Positions 14,093 to 28,084 of a stretch of 64,000 nt of DNA are shown one piece after another. The notes beneath the pieces were generated by a model. That model ran no database searches and had not been told where the DNA came from. It was given only the letters and a program-made list of their open reading frames with translations. Position 1 is the stretch's first letter. Every line of letters starts with the position of its first letter. Position numbers and translations under genes: made by a program. Origin of the DNA: the human T2T-CHM13v2.0 reference genome, Homo sapiens; the NCBI RefSeq assembly GCF_009914755.1, contig NC_060927.1; one strand, given 5' to 3'.

Positions 14093-15821
14093 TCAGAGAA
14101 ACAGAAGATTTCTCAGTTGAAACCCTACAGCTAGAAAGGTTTAGGGTCCTATTTTTAGCCTCCTTAAACAAAACAATTATCAGCCAAGAATTTTGTATCC
14201 AGCGAAACTAAGCTCCATAAATGAAGGGAAGACACAGTCTTTTCCAGACAAACAAATGCTGAGAGAATTTGTCACTACCAAGCCAGCACTATGAGAACTA
14301 CTAAAAGAAGCTCTAAATCTTGAAACAACTCCTCAAAATACACCAAAATAGAACCTCCTTAAGGCATAAATCTCACAGGACCTACATAACAATAACACAA
14401 TAAAAAAAAAGCCAAGGTATTCAGGTAACAAATAGCACATGAAAAGAATAGTACCTCATATCTCAATACTAACGTTGAATGTTAATGGCCTAAATGCCCC
14501 ACCTTAAAAAATACAGTATGGCGGAATGGATAAGAATTCACCAACCAGTTTCTCCCGTCTTCAGGAGACTCACCTAACACACAAGAACTCACATAAATTT
14601 AAGGTAAAGGGGTGGAAAAAGATATCTCATGCAAATAGGCACCAAAGCAAACAGGAGTAGCTATTCTTATATCACACACAACAGACTTTAAAGCAACAGC
14701 AGTTTATAAAGACAAAGAGGGACATTATATATTGATAAAAGGACTAGTCCAACAGGAAAATATTACAATCCTAAATATGTATGCACCTAACACTGGAGCT
14801 CCCAAATTTATAAAACAATTAATACTATACCTAAGAAATGAGACAGTTGGCAACACAATAATAGTGGGGGACTGCAACACTCTACTGACAGCACTAAACA
14901 GGTCATCAAGACAGAAAGTCAACAAAGAAAGAATGGACTTAAACTATACCCTAGAACAAATGGACTTAATAGATATTTACAGAACATTCTACCCAACAAC
15001 TGCAGGATATACATTCTATTCGTGACTACATGAAACATTCTCCAATATAGACTGTATTAGAGGTCACAAAACAAATCTCAGTAAATTTAAGAAAATCAAA
15101 ATTATATCAAGTACTCTCAGAGATCACAGTGGAATAAAATTGGAAGTTAACTCCAAAAGGAACCCTCAAAACTATGCCAATACATAGAAATTAAATAACC
15201 TGCTCCTGAATGATCATTGGGTCAACAATGAAATCAAGATGGAAATTAAAAAATTGTTTGAACTGAACAATAATAGTGACACAACTTAGCAAAACCTCTG
15301 GGATACAGCAAAAGCAGTGTTAAGAGGAAAGTTCATTGCATTAAATGCCTACATCAAAAAGTCTGAAAGAGCAAAAATAGACAACCTAAGGTCATACCTC
15401 ACAGAAGTGAAGAAACAAGAACAATCTAAACCCAAACTCAGTGGAAGAAGAGAAATAACAAACATTAGAGCAGAACTAAATGAAACTGAAACAAAAAAAT
15501 ACAAAAGATAAATTAAACAAAAAGCTGATTCTTTGAAAAGATAAATAAAATTGATAGACCATTAGTGAGAAAAACAAGGAGAAGATCCAAATAACCTCAA
15601 TTAGAAACAAAATGAGAGATGTTACTACTGATACCACAAAAATAAAAAGGATTATTCAAGGCTAATATGAACACCTTTATGTGCATAAACTAGAAAATCC
15701 AGAGAAGATGGTTAAATTCTTGGAAATATACAAACATCCTAGATTAAACCAGGGAGATACAGAATCTCTGAACAAATCAATAACAAGTAGCAAGATTGAA
15801 ATGATAATTTAAAAATTGCCA

Positions 15822-16030
15822 ACCCATCTCTACTAAAAGTACAAAAATTAGCTGGGCATGGTGGTGGGCACCTGTACCAGCTACTCAGAGGCTGAGGCAG
15901 GAGAATCACTTGAACCTGGAAGTGGAGGTTGCAGTGAGCCAAGATCGTGCCATTGCACTCCAGCCTGAATGACAAGAGTGAAACTCTGTCTCAAAAAAAA
16001 TTAATTAATTAATTAAAATTAAATAAAAAA
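15822..16030 (+). mobile_element. 5'-truncated AluS (linker plus right arm) inserted in L1PB1 ORF2
   Basis: Starts at acccatctctactaaaag; right monomer and AT-rich tail; L1 resumes afterwards. Confidence 0.9.
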
Positions 16031-19000
16031 TAAAATTTTCAAAAAAAAGAGTCTAGGGCCAGACAGATTCACAGCTGAATTCTATCAGACATTCAAAGAA
16101 GAATTGGTACCAATCCTATTGACACCATTCCACAGGATGGAGTAGGAGGGAATCCTCCCTAAATCATTCTGTGAAACCAGAATCACCCTAATACCCAAAC
16201 CAGGAAAGGACATAACCAAAAAAGAAAACTACAGACCAATATCCCTGATAAAAACAGATGAAAAATTCTCAACAAAATACTTCCTAACTGAATCCAACAG
16301 CATATTGAAAAAATAATCCATCATGATCAACTGGGTTTCATGCCAGTGATGCAGGGATCTTTTAACATCCACAAGTCAATAAATGTGATACACCACATAA
16401 ACAGGATTAAAAACAAAAATCACGTGATCATCCCAATAGATGAAGAAAAAGCATTTGACAAAATCCAGCATCCTTTATGATTAAAACCCTCAGCAAAATC
16501 GGCATAGAAGAGTCATAACTTAAGGTAATAAAACCCATCTATGAGAAAGCTACAGCCAACATTACACTGAACAGGGAAAAGTTGAAAGCATCTCCACTGA
16601 GAACTGGAACAAGACAAGGATGCCCACTTTCACCACTTCTATTCAACATAGTACTGGAAGTCCTAGCCAGAGCAATCAGACAAGTGAAAAAAAATCAAGT
16701 CCATCCCAATTGATAAAGAGGAAGACAAACTGTCACTGTTTGCTGATGATATGATTGTATACCTAGAAAATCCTAAAGACTCATCCACAAAGCTCCGAGA
16801 ACTGGCAAATAAATTCAGCAAAGTTTGAGGATACAAAATTAATGTAAACAAATCAGAAGCTCTGCTATACACCAAAAGAAATCAACATGAGAATCAAATC
16901 AAGAACCCAACCCCTTTTATAATAGCTGCAAAAAAAAGTGAAATACTTAGGAATATACCTAACCAAAGAGGTGAAAGGCCTCTACAAGGAAAACTACACA
17001 ACACTGCTGAAAGAAATCATAGATGACACAAACAAATGAAAACACATCTTATGCTCATGGATGGGTAGAATTAATATTGTGAAAATGACCATCCTGCCAA
17101 AAGCAATCTACAAATTCCATGCAATTCCCATCAAAATACCATCATTTTTCACAAAACTAGAAAAAAAATTCTAAAATTCATACGAAACCAAAAAGAGCCC
17201 TCACAGCCAAAGCAAGACTAAGCAAAAAGAACAAATCTAGAGGTATCACATTACCTGACTTCAAACTATACTAGAAGTCCATAGTCACCAAAACAGCATG
17301 GTACTGGTATAAAAATAGACACATCAATGAATGGAACAGAATACAGAACCCAGAAATAAAGCCAAACACTTACAGCCAACTGATCTTTGACAAAGCAAAC
17401 AAAAACATAAACTGGGGAAATGACACCCTATTCAACAAATGATGCTGGGGTATATTAGCTAGCCACATGTAGAAGAATAAAACTGGACTGTCATCTCTCA
17501 CCTTATACAAAAAATCAACTCAAGATGAATCAAAGACTTAAATTTAAGACCAGAAACCGTGAAAATTCTAGAAGATAACATTGGAAAAACCCTTCTAGAT
17601 ATTGCCTTCAGCAAAGATTTCATGACCAAGAACCCAAAAGCGAATGCAACAAAAACAAAGATAAGTGGATGGGACTTAATTAAACTAAAAAGCTTCTGCA
17701 CAGCAAAATAAATAATCATCAGAGTTAACAGACAACCACAGAGTGGGAGAAATCTTCACAATCTATACATCTGACAAAGGACTAATATCCAGAATCTACA
17801 AAGAACTGAAACAAATCAGCAAGAAAGAACCAAATGAGCCCATTAACGAGTGAGCTAAGGACATGAATAGACAATTTTCAAAAGAAGATACGCAAATGGC
17901 CAACAATCATAAGGAAAAACGCTCCACATCACTCATTATCAGGGAAATGAAAATCAAAATCGCAATGTGATACCACCTCACTCCTGCAAGAATGGCCATA
18001 ATAAAAAAGTAATAGATATTGGCATGGATGTGGTGAAAAGGGAACACTTTTACACTGTTGATGGTAATGTAAACTAGCACAACTACTGTGGAAAACAGTG
18101 TGGCAACCCTTAAAGAACTAAAAGCAGATCTACCATTTGATCCAGCAATCCCTCTACTAGGTATCTACCCAGAGGAAAAGAAAACATTGTACAAAAAAGA
18201 TACTTGCACACGCATGTTTATAGCAGCACAATTTGCAATTGCAAAAATATGGAACCAGCCCAAATGCCCATCAATCAATGAGTGGATAAAGAAAACGTGG
18301 TGTATATATATACCATGGAATAATATTCAGCCATAAAAAAATATTGAAATAATGGCATTTAGAGCAACATGGTTGGAATTGGAAACTATTCTTCTAAATG
18401 AAATATCTCAAGAATGGAAAACCAAACATTGTAGGTTCCCACTTATAATTGAGAGCTAAGTTATAAGGACGCAAAAGCACAAGAATGATTCAATGGACTT
18501 TGGGGACTCGGAGGGAAGGTGGGGAGGGAGGTGAGGGATAAAAGATGACATATTGGGGTATGGGGTACACTGCTTGGGTGATGGGTGCACCAAAATCTCA
18601 GAAATCACCACTAAATAACTTGTTCATGTAACCAAATAACACCTGTTCCCAAAAAACCTATTAAAATAAAAATTAATTTTAAAAGAAAGATCTTTTGATT
18701 TCATGTCCTGACTTCTCTGAAATAGGCATGCATTATTTGTGGTAAGTTGAAAAATAATGAAAAAATCGAGTTACTTATTAAACAAAATAAAAGTAAAGAG
18801 ATTGAAGCATTAAAACAAAAACAGAAGCTTTGCGTCAAGTGAAATTGATACACCAGGAAGAAGAATCATATTTATCCTGGACATTGAGAAGCCCTAAGGG
18901 TTTATATGGCCAACTTTAACATTCTCAGTTTTAGGGAATTCTCTAAATAGAGACAGTTTCATTTAATCAAAAATGGGAGAAATTGATAAAATGTCTCCTT

Positions 19001-20450
19001 TCTTAGGTAAATTAAGCCATTCCCCTATATTCTTGCCAAGTTCCATAAGAAACGTTGCCTTTTTGTTACTGTTAGTAAATCATGGGTCAAATATGTAGAT
19101 AATTGGAGTTTTATTTATATCTCTTTCTTAACAGTGGAACTAAAGGTTGGAAGGGACATTGTGGAGTAAGCCCAGAAAGTAGACCAGATGCCTCATATGT
19201 AGGACAAAATTTGGACTTGGGACTTTAGGGTCTTCAAGGGTCTTTTATTAACTGAAGGGTCTTTAAGATACCATCCGGCTGTACTTATATATGGTGATGG
19301 TCTTCAAACTTATTTTTCACATATACCTTAACAGAAATTTGAAAAACAACGTACCCGGTCATACATTTTTCTGCAGAAGTTTAAATAGTGCAAAAGATAC
19401 AACATCCAGCATATAAGTATTGATATTTTTTAAAATCAGACTTGTTAACTATCACTCATTTAAATATTTATAAGGGAAATTAAGTATCATGGTAGTTTGA
19501 TATCAACTATCATCTCATATTAAAAAAATATTGACCATTTGAATGGTATCATCCAATGGTCCATGCAAAATGTGAATTAACTTTTGGAAACCAAAGTTTT
19601 TTTGTAAATAAAATGGTGTTCCCAACTCCAAGGAGGATTAAAACCACAGACATTAACACTAAAGCTGATGTTTGCCCAGTTATTGAAACAGCTTGTGAGT
19701 AGAAAAACTTACATACTATTCCCAACAAAAGCCCAAAACAACTCATTGGTAGGACTGGGCATGTGCTGAGTAACCAAAAAGAATAACTCAAATCACACTG
19801 AGAAGAATCAGTGGCTCTATAAATGTAAAAATGGTATACAAGAATTTTGCTAAGCCTCCATTGGCAGTGTAAACCTCTGATTATCTTATAAATGTCTGAC
19901 CAGAGATCAGCAAATTACTTTTTTTAATCCCCTCCCCTATCTTCATGGATCTTCAGCCTTCCAGAGTTCCAACTAAGAAAACAAAAAATGAAAATTAAAC
20001 AGAATGATTGAAAGCTGGCAAGAAGGATGAGGAAGCAGACAGTTTAAAACTGAAGGAACTGAAAGGAGTGTGGCAAGAGAGACTGGGAGTCTTGAGGAGG
20101 AAAGCTCCTCTAGGGGCTGAGAAAAAGAAAGCTGGTAACAAGGGGGACGAAAGGAGGGAAAGCCAAAGCCCACCTCCTCTCCCAATTCTCCACTCCAGGA
20201 GGATTCTCTGTGGGGATTACAGAAGATGATTGAAGTTTGAAATAATTAAGTGCTTTGAACATTCTTCTGGAACTCCTGTATCACGGATGGACTAAGAAAA
20301 GTCTTCTTCCTCTATGCGACCTTGCTATCCTACCCATCACATATTAATGGCTTTGTAAATAGACTTGCATTTAGGTTCTGCTTCCAACATACATATGATT
20401 TGGAAAGAGACGAAAATTTTTAGTTAAGTCTGAAGTTTTCCCTTTTCCAG

Positions 20451-20608
20451 ATGGAGGAGGGAGAAGGGCCTGCCACCCATAGAAACTGCCTGAGATCCAA
20501 CAACAGTCCAGAGAGCCAGTCAGTTTCCTGGACTAGAGAAGACCCTGAGAGGAAATACAATATGCATCTGTTAAACACCTCAAACCACACGTCTTCCATC
20601 CTGCACAA
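20451..20608 (+). other. Candidate exon (158 nt) with consensus splice sites
   Basis: gttttcccttttccag|ATGGAG ... CACAA|gtgagt in non-repeat DNA. No transcript evidence available. Confidence 0.35.
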
Positions 20609-21109
20609 GTGAGTGGATCCTTCACATCTCAGTCACATCTAAGTACCTACATCCTAGAGTGAGACAGGTCCTCAAGGTTGCTATCTTTAAGAAAGTGAAC
20701 TACAATTATCTTCATGAACCAAATGAAGACCAGGCTGTCCAGGGTCTCTAAGTTCAGGTAAGAGCCAAGAGACCAGAGTTCAAGTTACCTGTCTCAGCTC
20801 AAAGAGGTAAGCACAAAGAGTACAAAGTAGACATGCATTATTTTTGTAAGCTCCAAGATCATAAAATTAATATAGAAAAATCACACATCAGAAGTTTATC
20901 ACTCCTTCAGCAATTTTTTTTTCTTTGATCTTGCCTTTCTCTAGTTCTCTCTCTTATTCTATGGAGAGAATGTAATGGTGCCTTTCTACTTTATAAAAAT
21001 TAAACATTTTATTCCTATTACCATATTCTGAACAGCTGATCTCTATACTCAAGAGATTTATTTCAATGCACAAGAAACTGATCATCATTTTTAATCATTA
21101 TCACCAGCT

Positions 21110-21683
21110 GGGGCTGGCAGACTTCTAAGATGACCCTGCAATAACATTCGCCCTTCTATAAGCCCTGCCCTTTGGAAAGGGTGGAATTTGTGATATGATG
21201 AAATATTACTCTCACAATTAAGTTTTGTTATATGGCACAGTTAAGTTTAAGAAAAGGAGATGGTCCAGATGGGGCTAACTTAATCAGAATTTTCTCCAGC
21301 TGATGGGAGAAGAAGTCAGAGATTCAAACATAAGAAGGACTCAATGTACTGCCACTGCTGGCTTTGAAGGTAGAAGAGGTCATGTGAAAGGAAACTAAAA
21401 GCAACCTCTAGAAGCTGAGAGTGACCTCCAGCCGACAGCCAGTGAGAAAACAAGACCTCAGTCCTACTGCCACAGGGAACTGGATTCTACCAACAACTTG
21501 AATGAGCTTGGAAACCGATTCTTCCCAAAACATCCCAATAGGAAGGCACTTTAGACCCTGTGCAGAGAACCCAGCCATGCTTTGCTAGACTTTTGACCTA
21601 CAGAACCACGAGCTAATTAATGGTGGTGTTTTAACCTTCTAAATTTGTGGAAATTTGTTACACAGCAATAGAAAATGAATATG
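21110..21683 (+). mobile_element. MLT1E-type MaLR LTR
   Basis: ctctagaagctgagagtgacctccagccgacagccagtgagaaaac...aatttgttacacagcaatagaaaatgaata terminus. Confidence 0.8.
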
Positions 21684-23250
21684 CCAGTCTTGGATTTAAA
21701 ATAAAAATATTCACAAACACTAAATAATAAGATTAAGGACAAATTTTGTTTCATCCCACAATTAAATGACTGGACACAAATTTATGTGTGCAGAACATGC
21801 TGTGATTGGCTTGGTGAAGGGTTTATCTATTGAGAAAACAAAGTTGCTTTCAAATAGTACATGTAGTTCATAGTCACCCCCATCTGACTCTTAAAGTTAC
21901 AAATACTGAACTTTTGAATGGAGAATAAAAGTCTCAAAAAGGAGTAGTAAATGTTTCTAGAGCCAAAGAGAACAAAGGAAAGGGTTTTCTATATATCAAA
22001 TTTGCATTTGAAAAATGGGTCATTAGGAGCATCCCTCTTGTCATGATTGCATCCAAAACTCATATAGTATCTCCTCTGGAAGACGCTCGCCTGCTAAAAG
22101 AGAAAGCTAAATATGTAAAAGCCAGAAACACAAGATGCCAAATGTAAATCTACAGTTTTAGCAGTTGGGCATGAATGACAGGAAGGATGAATATCCCCTG
22201 AAAAATATCTTTAACTGTCGCTGCTGGGATAATACATTCAACTAACTGTAAAAATGTGCCTCTTAAAGAAATGGCTTTATAAAATTATTCTCTAGGAAGT
22301 GTGAAACTTCATACACTTATTCCATTGGAGGAGAATTTAAAACCACTCATACATTACTAGCATAGAGCTGATGAGAGAGATGAAGGTTCCTTATCAGTAA
22401 CAACAGATATACTGCTATAGTCAAGATGCTTTCACAATGGCAATAGAAAAAGGAGCCTGTACCAGCTTCCCAGATCCAGAAACAGCATAACAAGAGCAAG
22501 CTTGCTGGATCACAGGCAGATAACCCAGCTGTGCCTTCCTCAAAGGCGGGGAAGAGGATATTTACCACTGAGGTTGAAGAACTTTCCAAAATTTTCATTC
22601 TAATCTTTCTTGGTTTTCACTTTCTTCTACTAGAGCTACTCAGTAATAAAACACCAGCAAAAAAAAATATGTCTTTGTACCACGTTGTTATATTTATATT
22701 TGAATTTGGCCCAAGAGCAAAGATGTATACCGACACATTGAATATGAAAAATTTATCCTGGCACAATGAATGAATATAAGTTTAACTTTTCTAAATATTT
22801 TCTGATTCATGTCCTCTTAGCAGTAAGCCAGTTTCTCTGCCTGCACTGTATTTATCACAGCCTGAGAAGAGACCAGGGCAAATGCTGTCTCAGCCAAGAG
22901 GAGAACATAATGGAGAGGAGTCTGTGCCCAACAAGAGAAAAAATAAGCCAACCCAATTAGCCCTGGAAGACCCAGGTATTTCTTAGTCCCTAGTAGGGGT
23001 GGAAGCTCTGGAGAAAAGTTGGATCTATTACTTTAGATAATAGGTAAGCAAAGTAAAGAAGTTAATTTTTCACATCTGAATCTGCTGGAGGTAAATTTGG
23101 AACCCGCTTGCACAAAGATTTCACAGTAGTTTGAACAGTGGAAAATGAGGAAAGAGTTGAGTCATCCACTGGCCCACAGCAGTGGAGTCAGAATGAATTC
23201 AGAAACCTGCCTCTTTGGCTTTGTGCTACAAATCAATGTACTGTGTAATC

Positions 23251-23335
23251 TGGTGTTGCCAACAAGTCCTGGTTTACCTGGGAATTTCCCAGTTTTAGCA
23301 CTGAAAGTCTCAAGTCTAGGGAAACCCCTCAATCC
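23251..23335 (+). mobile_element. MER81 (hAT-Blackjack MITE) fragment
   Basis: tcctggtttacctgggaatttcccagttttagcactgaaagtctcaagtctagggaaacccctca matches the recalled MER81 consensus. Confidence 0.7.
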
Positions 23336-23743
23336 TCCATCAATCCTGTCTTTGTATACATCAGCTTGCAACCATTCATTACAAGTAAGTGTAGGAGTAA
23401 ACGTAAAGCAGAATAATTTAATTGGATTAGATATCCACTTAACACAGCTTTTAATATTGTGGCATAACTCATGTTATCTTCAAGGAAACACAATGATTTA
23501 TAGTTATCAATGGACACATTTAAACTGCCTTTTGAGAATCACTTACTGGCAGAGTTTGGGCATGAGGTCTGATTTCTTGAAGAAGAAGAAAATGTTAAAC
23601 TGATCCATAATGTCTTGGACAAGTACTTAAGAGAACAATCATTCTTTGCATTGAAATTACCCCAGGATATTATACACATATGTTAATTTGTGTTTGTTCT
23701 AGTTGCTGAAAAACACCTGAAGCATCCAAAATGATAGAAGCAC

Positions 23744-24122
23744 TGATATAATTTGGCTCTGTGTCCCCACCCAAATCTCATGTTGAATTATAATCCCCAA
23801 CGTTGGGGGAGGAACCTGGTGGGAGGTGATTGGATCATGGGGCGATTTCCCCCTTGATCTCATGATAGTGAGTGAATTCTCAAGACATCTAGCTGTTCGA
23901 CAGTGTGTAGCACTTCCACATTTGCTCTCTCTCTCCTGCTCCACCATGTGAAAATGTGCCTGCTTCCCCTTCCCCTTCCGTCATGTTTGCAAGTTTCCTG
24001 AGGCCTCCCCAACCATGCTTCCTGTCAGCCTGCAGAACCATGAGCCAATTAAACCTCTTTTCTTTATAAATTACCCAGTCCTCTGGTGGTTCTTTATAGC
24101 AAGGTGAGAATGGACTAATACA
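23744..24122 (+). mobile_element. MSTA/THE1D MaLR solo LTR
   Basis: TG...CA termini (tgatataatttggctctgtgtccccacccaaatctc ... gagaatggactaataca); attaaa poly(A) signal. Confidence 0.9.
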
Positions 24123-24807
24123 GGCATAGTAGGCAGTAACATGGCAAAGACGGTGGCTACAAATGTATCACCAATATAAATTATGTTGAGCAGAAGTGGA
24201 GAGTGGAATTGATGGATCAGCCCAGCCCGCCCTGTCAACATCTTGCCTACCTGCAGGAGGGAAGAGCCGAAGGAGGCAAAAATGAGAGAAGGTCTGAAGG
24301 TCCTGCCACCTCCTTACCCTTACTCCCAACAGAAAAGGAGTCATTTGTCCACTCCCTTCAGCTACTAATTTTAGCTTCTAGAATTGATCAATAATGTGCT
24401 TTGGCTCTCATCATCCAAAATCAATAAGAAAATTGCTAATAACATCACTGCAAATTATAACTACTTTTAGGGAAATGTGTCCTGTAAAAATGAGTCATAT
24501 TAATGCAAACACCATGGAGAAGGGGTCAACATATAATAATAAGGGGGCATTACTAACCTGGCTCATTGGAATTTTAGGTCCCTTTGAGTGTCAGCTTCTC
24601 ACTTTTCACTTCCCAGTTTCCCTATGGATGAGATAATTAAAAGTAAAATGGTATCAAACTGCATGGATAATTGAAAAACTAAATCCTCACCTTCCAGTAA
24701 AAAGAGAAGTGGCTATATATTTTTGGAAATATGCTCACTTGCTACAACTTTGGGCTGTGATACAGTGAGTGTGCAGCCCTATGACCTTATAAAGAAAAGG
24801 AAGCAGG

Positions 24808-25113
24808 GTTCGAGTGCGGTCGCTCATGCCTGTAATCCCAGCACTTTGTGAGGCCGAGGAGGGAAGATCACTTGAAGCCAGGAGTTCAAGGCCAACCTAG
24901 GCAACATAACAAGACCTCGTCTCTACAAAAAATTTAAAGATCAGCCAAGACTGGTGGCACACACCTTCAGTCCCAGCTATACTGGAGGCTGAGGTGGGAG
25001 GATCACTTGAACCCAAAAGTTTGAGGCTGCAGTAAGCTATGATCACGCCACTGCACTTTAGTGCACTCCAGCCTCAATGACAGAGATAGATTCTGTCTCA
25101 AAAAAAAAAAAAA
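24808..25113 (+). mobile_element. AluJ
   Basis: Dimeric Alu, J diagnostics, A tail. Confidence 0.9.
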
Positions 25114-25324
25114 AGGAAATATGGACCGATGGTCTGTCTCCAGAGTAAACATGCAAAGGAACACATAGTAAACGTATCTTTTCTATATCAGACAATCGGA
25201 GGAGAAAGGCTGTGGGCACAGCCTCAGATCAGAAGGGAGAAATGAAAATGGAAAGGACTATCAAATGGCAAACCCTGTTTTAACTGCTCAACCCACCATG
25301 CACTCTCTATATGTAAGACTTAAA

Positions 25325-25750
25325 GGAGGCATTTGCTGTCAATGTTCTGCCCATATCCCCTGGATCTTCTCACTGATTAAGCATGCCCTGCCCCCAGCCT
25401 CTTCATTCCTCATTCCTAACAGCTCACACCTGCAATCTCTTCAGAGCAGTATGTTTAGGCTTCTAGAGCTGCCAGAAGCTCCTAGGAGCTTACGTCCTCC
25501 TGAGGTGGTCCATGGCCAGTGATTGGCATGTGCAGGAGCATCAAAGTCTAGTTCTCTGTCTTCAGGCTGGATAAACTCTGCTGTGTGGTTTACACCCCAG
25601 AATTAGGCTTAAGTGAGGAGTTGCCCTGAAATCCCATCCTTGGTTGGCTTCCCCCACTCCCTCTCCTGCTTGACCTGGGAACAGTTTCTTCATAAATCAC
25701 TTATACACAAATCCTTGTCTGGAGGTCTGTTTCTGGGGAACGTGACATAG
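25325..25750 (+). mobile_element. LTR16-family ERVL LTR
   Basis: tgctgtcaatgttctgcccatatcccc ... aaatccttgtctggaggtctgtttctggggaac. Confidence 0.65.
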
Positions 25751-26495
25751 CTCCCATTCCAATATTTTTTTGGAGAAAGAAATGTAAAGTTAAACTTTAT
25801 GAACCAGCATAAATCTCAGTGTCACTTCTAGTGGAAAGCCACGCCAATTTTTTATGTGCAAAATGTGGGGTCTGAGAAAAGAACTCAGACATAGGCACTG
25901 AGCCAGCTGCTACCTTCCATGTAGTGCTAATGTTGTGTGTCACTGAGAAATGTTAACAAGAAAAAATATCTCTACAAGTGCAGATCACAAGGTGATAAGA
26001 GACCCAGTCCTCTGCAAAGGTGAACTCAAGGACCAAAGCCAAGCTGCCTTCCAAAAGCTTAGAGGAAGAGGGTGCCAGCCTTTCTCTTACTCTAATAGCA
26101 TTGAAAATATCAAATGTTATTTTCGTATTTAAGAACATAGGGTCTTTTTCCTCCTGATGCTGTCCAGATATCAAGCTTCAATGGAAAAATCATGAGATGG
26201 GCTGAAATCAAAAGCTATGTTGCATACCAGAAATTAACAATTTGGAATTTAGAATAAATAAATAATACTATTTACATTGGCACCCAACAAAATTAAATAC
26301 TTAAGTATAAGTCTAACAAAATATCTACTACACATGCAGGCTTATAAAACTGCTGAAAGAAATCAAGGAAGATTTAAATAAATGGAAAGAGATTCGTGTT
26401 CACGCACTGGAAGACTCAATATTGTTAAGATGTCAATTCTTCTCAACTTGATATATAGATTAAATGAAACCCAATCAAAATCCCATCTCATTATT

Positions 26496-26782
26496 GGCCA
26501 GGCACAGTGGCTCACACCTGTAATCCCAGCACTTTGGGAGGCCGAGGTGGGTGGATCACTTGAGGTCAGGAGGTTGAAACCAGCCTAGCCAACATGGTGA
26601 AACTCTGTATCTACTAAAAATACAAAAATTATCTGGGTGTGGTGGCAGGTGCCTATAATCCCAGCTACTCGAGAGGCTGAGACACGAGAATCACTTGAAC
26701 CCAGGGTGTGGAGGTTGCAGTGAGCCATTGTGCCACTGCACTCCAGCCTGGACAATGGAGCGAGACTATCTCAAAAAAAAAA
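26496..26782 (+). mobile_element. AluS
   Basis: Dimeric Alu; 19-bp TSD aaaatccca(t/a)ctcattatt at 26477-26495 and 26780-26798. Confidence 0.95.
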
Positions 26783-27083
26783 ATCCCAACTCATTATTTT
26801 GTAGATATCCACAAACTTATTCCAAAGTTTATATAGAAAAGCAAAATATCTAGAATAGCAATACAATTCTGAAGAAAAAAGTTGAAAAACTCACACTGCT
26901 AGACTCCAAGAAGTATTATAAAACTACAGTAATCAAGACAGCATGGTATTGGTAAAAGAATACAGACATTGAGAGTCCAAAAACAGACCCACATCGATTA
27001 TACTGTGAGGAGACATGAATAGATAAAGTATAGGAGATTTTTAGGATGTCATCGACTATTCTGTACAATGCTGTCATGGTAGA

Positions 27084-27404
27084 TGTATTAGTCCATTCTC
27101 ACGCTGCTAATAAAGACATACCCAAGGCTGGGTAATTTATAAAGGAAAGAGTTTTAATGGACTCACAGTTCCACATGGCTGGGGAGGCCTCACAATCATG
27201 GTGGAAGTCAAAGGAGGAGCAAAGGCATGTCTTACATGGTGGCGGGCTGAAAGAGCCTGTGCAGAGGAACTGCCCTGTATAAAACCATCAGATCTTGTGA
27301 GACTTATTCACTATCAAGAGAACAGCATGGGAAAACACAACCCCCATGACTCAATTACCTTCCACCAGGTCCCTCCCATGACATGTGGGGATTATGGGAG
27401 CTAC
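27084..27404 (-). mobile_element. THE1B/C LTR lacking ~45 bp at its 5' end
   Basis: tgtattagtccattctcacgctgctaataaagacataccc...ggggattatgggagctac, then an abrupt return to L1. Confidence 0.9.
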
Positions 27405-28084
27405 GGTGGACATATAACACTATGCGTTTGTCAAAACCTATTGAACATTACAGCACAAAGAGCGGACTTTAATGTAAGCAAATTAAAAAAAAAGAAAAAC
27501 AATCACTTAGGAAGTCAGGAAAATCCTAGGACAGAATGTAGAACATAGTTTTAAAATATATATATATATATGAAATAACCTTACTAAAGTGGATGCGAGG
27601 AAATAATATTGACCCAATATTTTTGCAAATGAATAGTGTCTATAAAACTAAAGGCAGAAAAAACTATACATAGGCACTGTACTGTGGTTTATAAAGTTGT
27701 TTCTCAATGAGGTAGCAAGTAAACAAACAAGGAAGTAGCAAATAAACAATTCTGGTACTGCTATACATGGGTGCTGGAATTAAACAATTAAGTAAACGGG
27801 TGGCAGATGATGGGAGCCAGGTTTCTCACTGTTGGAATGGAAAGTTACAGTTCAGTAAGGGAGGAGGTTAGAATGACTTATGTGGCAATAGATTAGAGCT
27901 GGAGACATCAATATGAGCTTAGGTTTAGCTTATATAGATACAGATGGTTACATATAGAAATATTTATAAATATGTGTATATACATGGGTTAGTATATAAA
28001 CATATATGTTCTTGCTCTGTCAGCTGATAGGACCTAGAAGCAATAATACCTCAGTAGCAACAAACATGCCCAGATCTTGGTTTA

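Larger units (their letters stand above)
12213..18685 (+). mobile_element. Near full-length decayed L1PB1 (5' UTR, ORF1 from ~13309, ORF2 from ~14439, 3' UTR, A-rich tail)
   Basis: L1PBa-type 5' end (aagatggcagataggagg...gcagtgtgcggagactcacatagtgaacttttgctc). ORF-track fragments of ORF1, endonuclease (ENITILNMYAPN...IIVGD.NT) and ORF2 C-terminus (LPFDPAIPLLGIYP). L1PB1 3' UTR (gggtgatgggtgcaccaaaatctcagaaatcaccactaa). Multiple stops and frameshifts. Confidence 0.9.

Noticed and set aside
12213-18685. L1PB1 as a retrotransposition-competent element
   Set aside because: Both ORFs are broken by many stops and frameshifts and by an Alu insertion.
12136-18701. atcttttgattt near both ends of L1PB1 as a TSD
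   Set aside because: The upstream copy lies ~65 bp before the apparent 5' end; the match is short and AT-rich.
19295-19595. Possible hAT-Charlie remnant
   Set aside because: Terminal motifs are only weakly recognisable; the family cannot be supported without a search.
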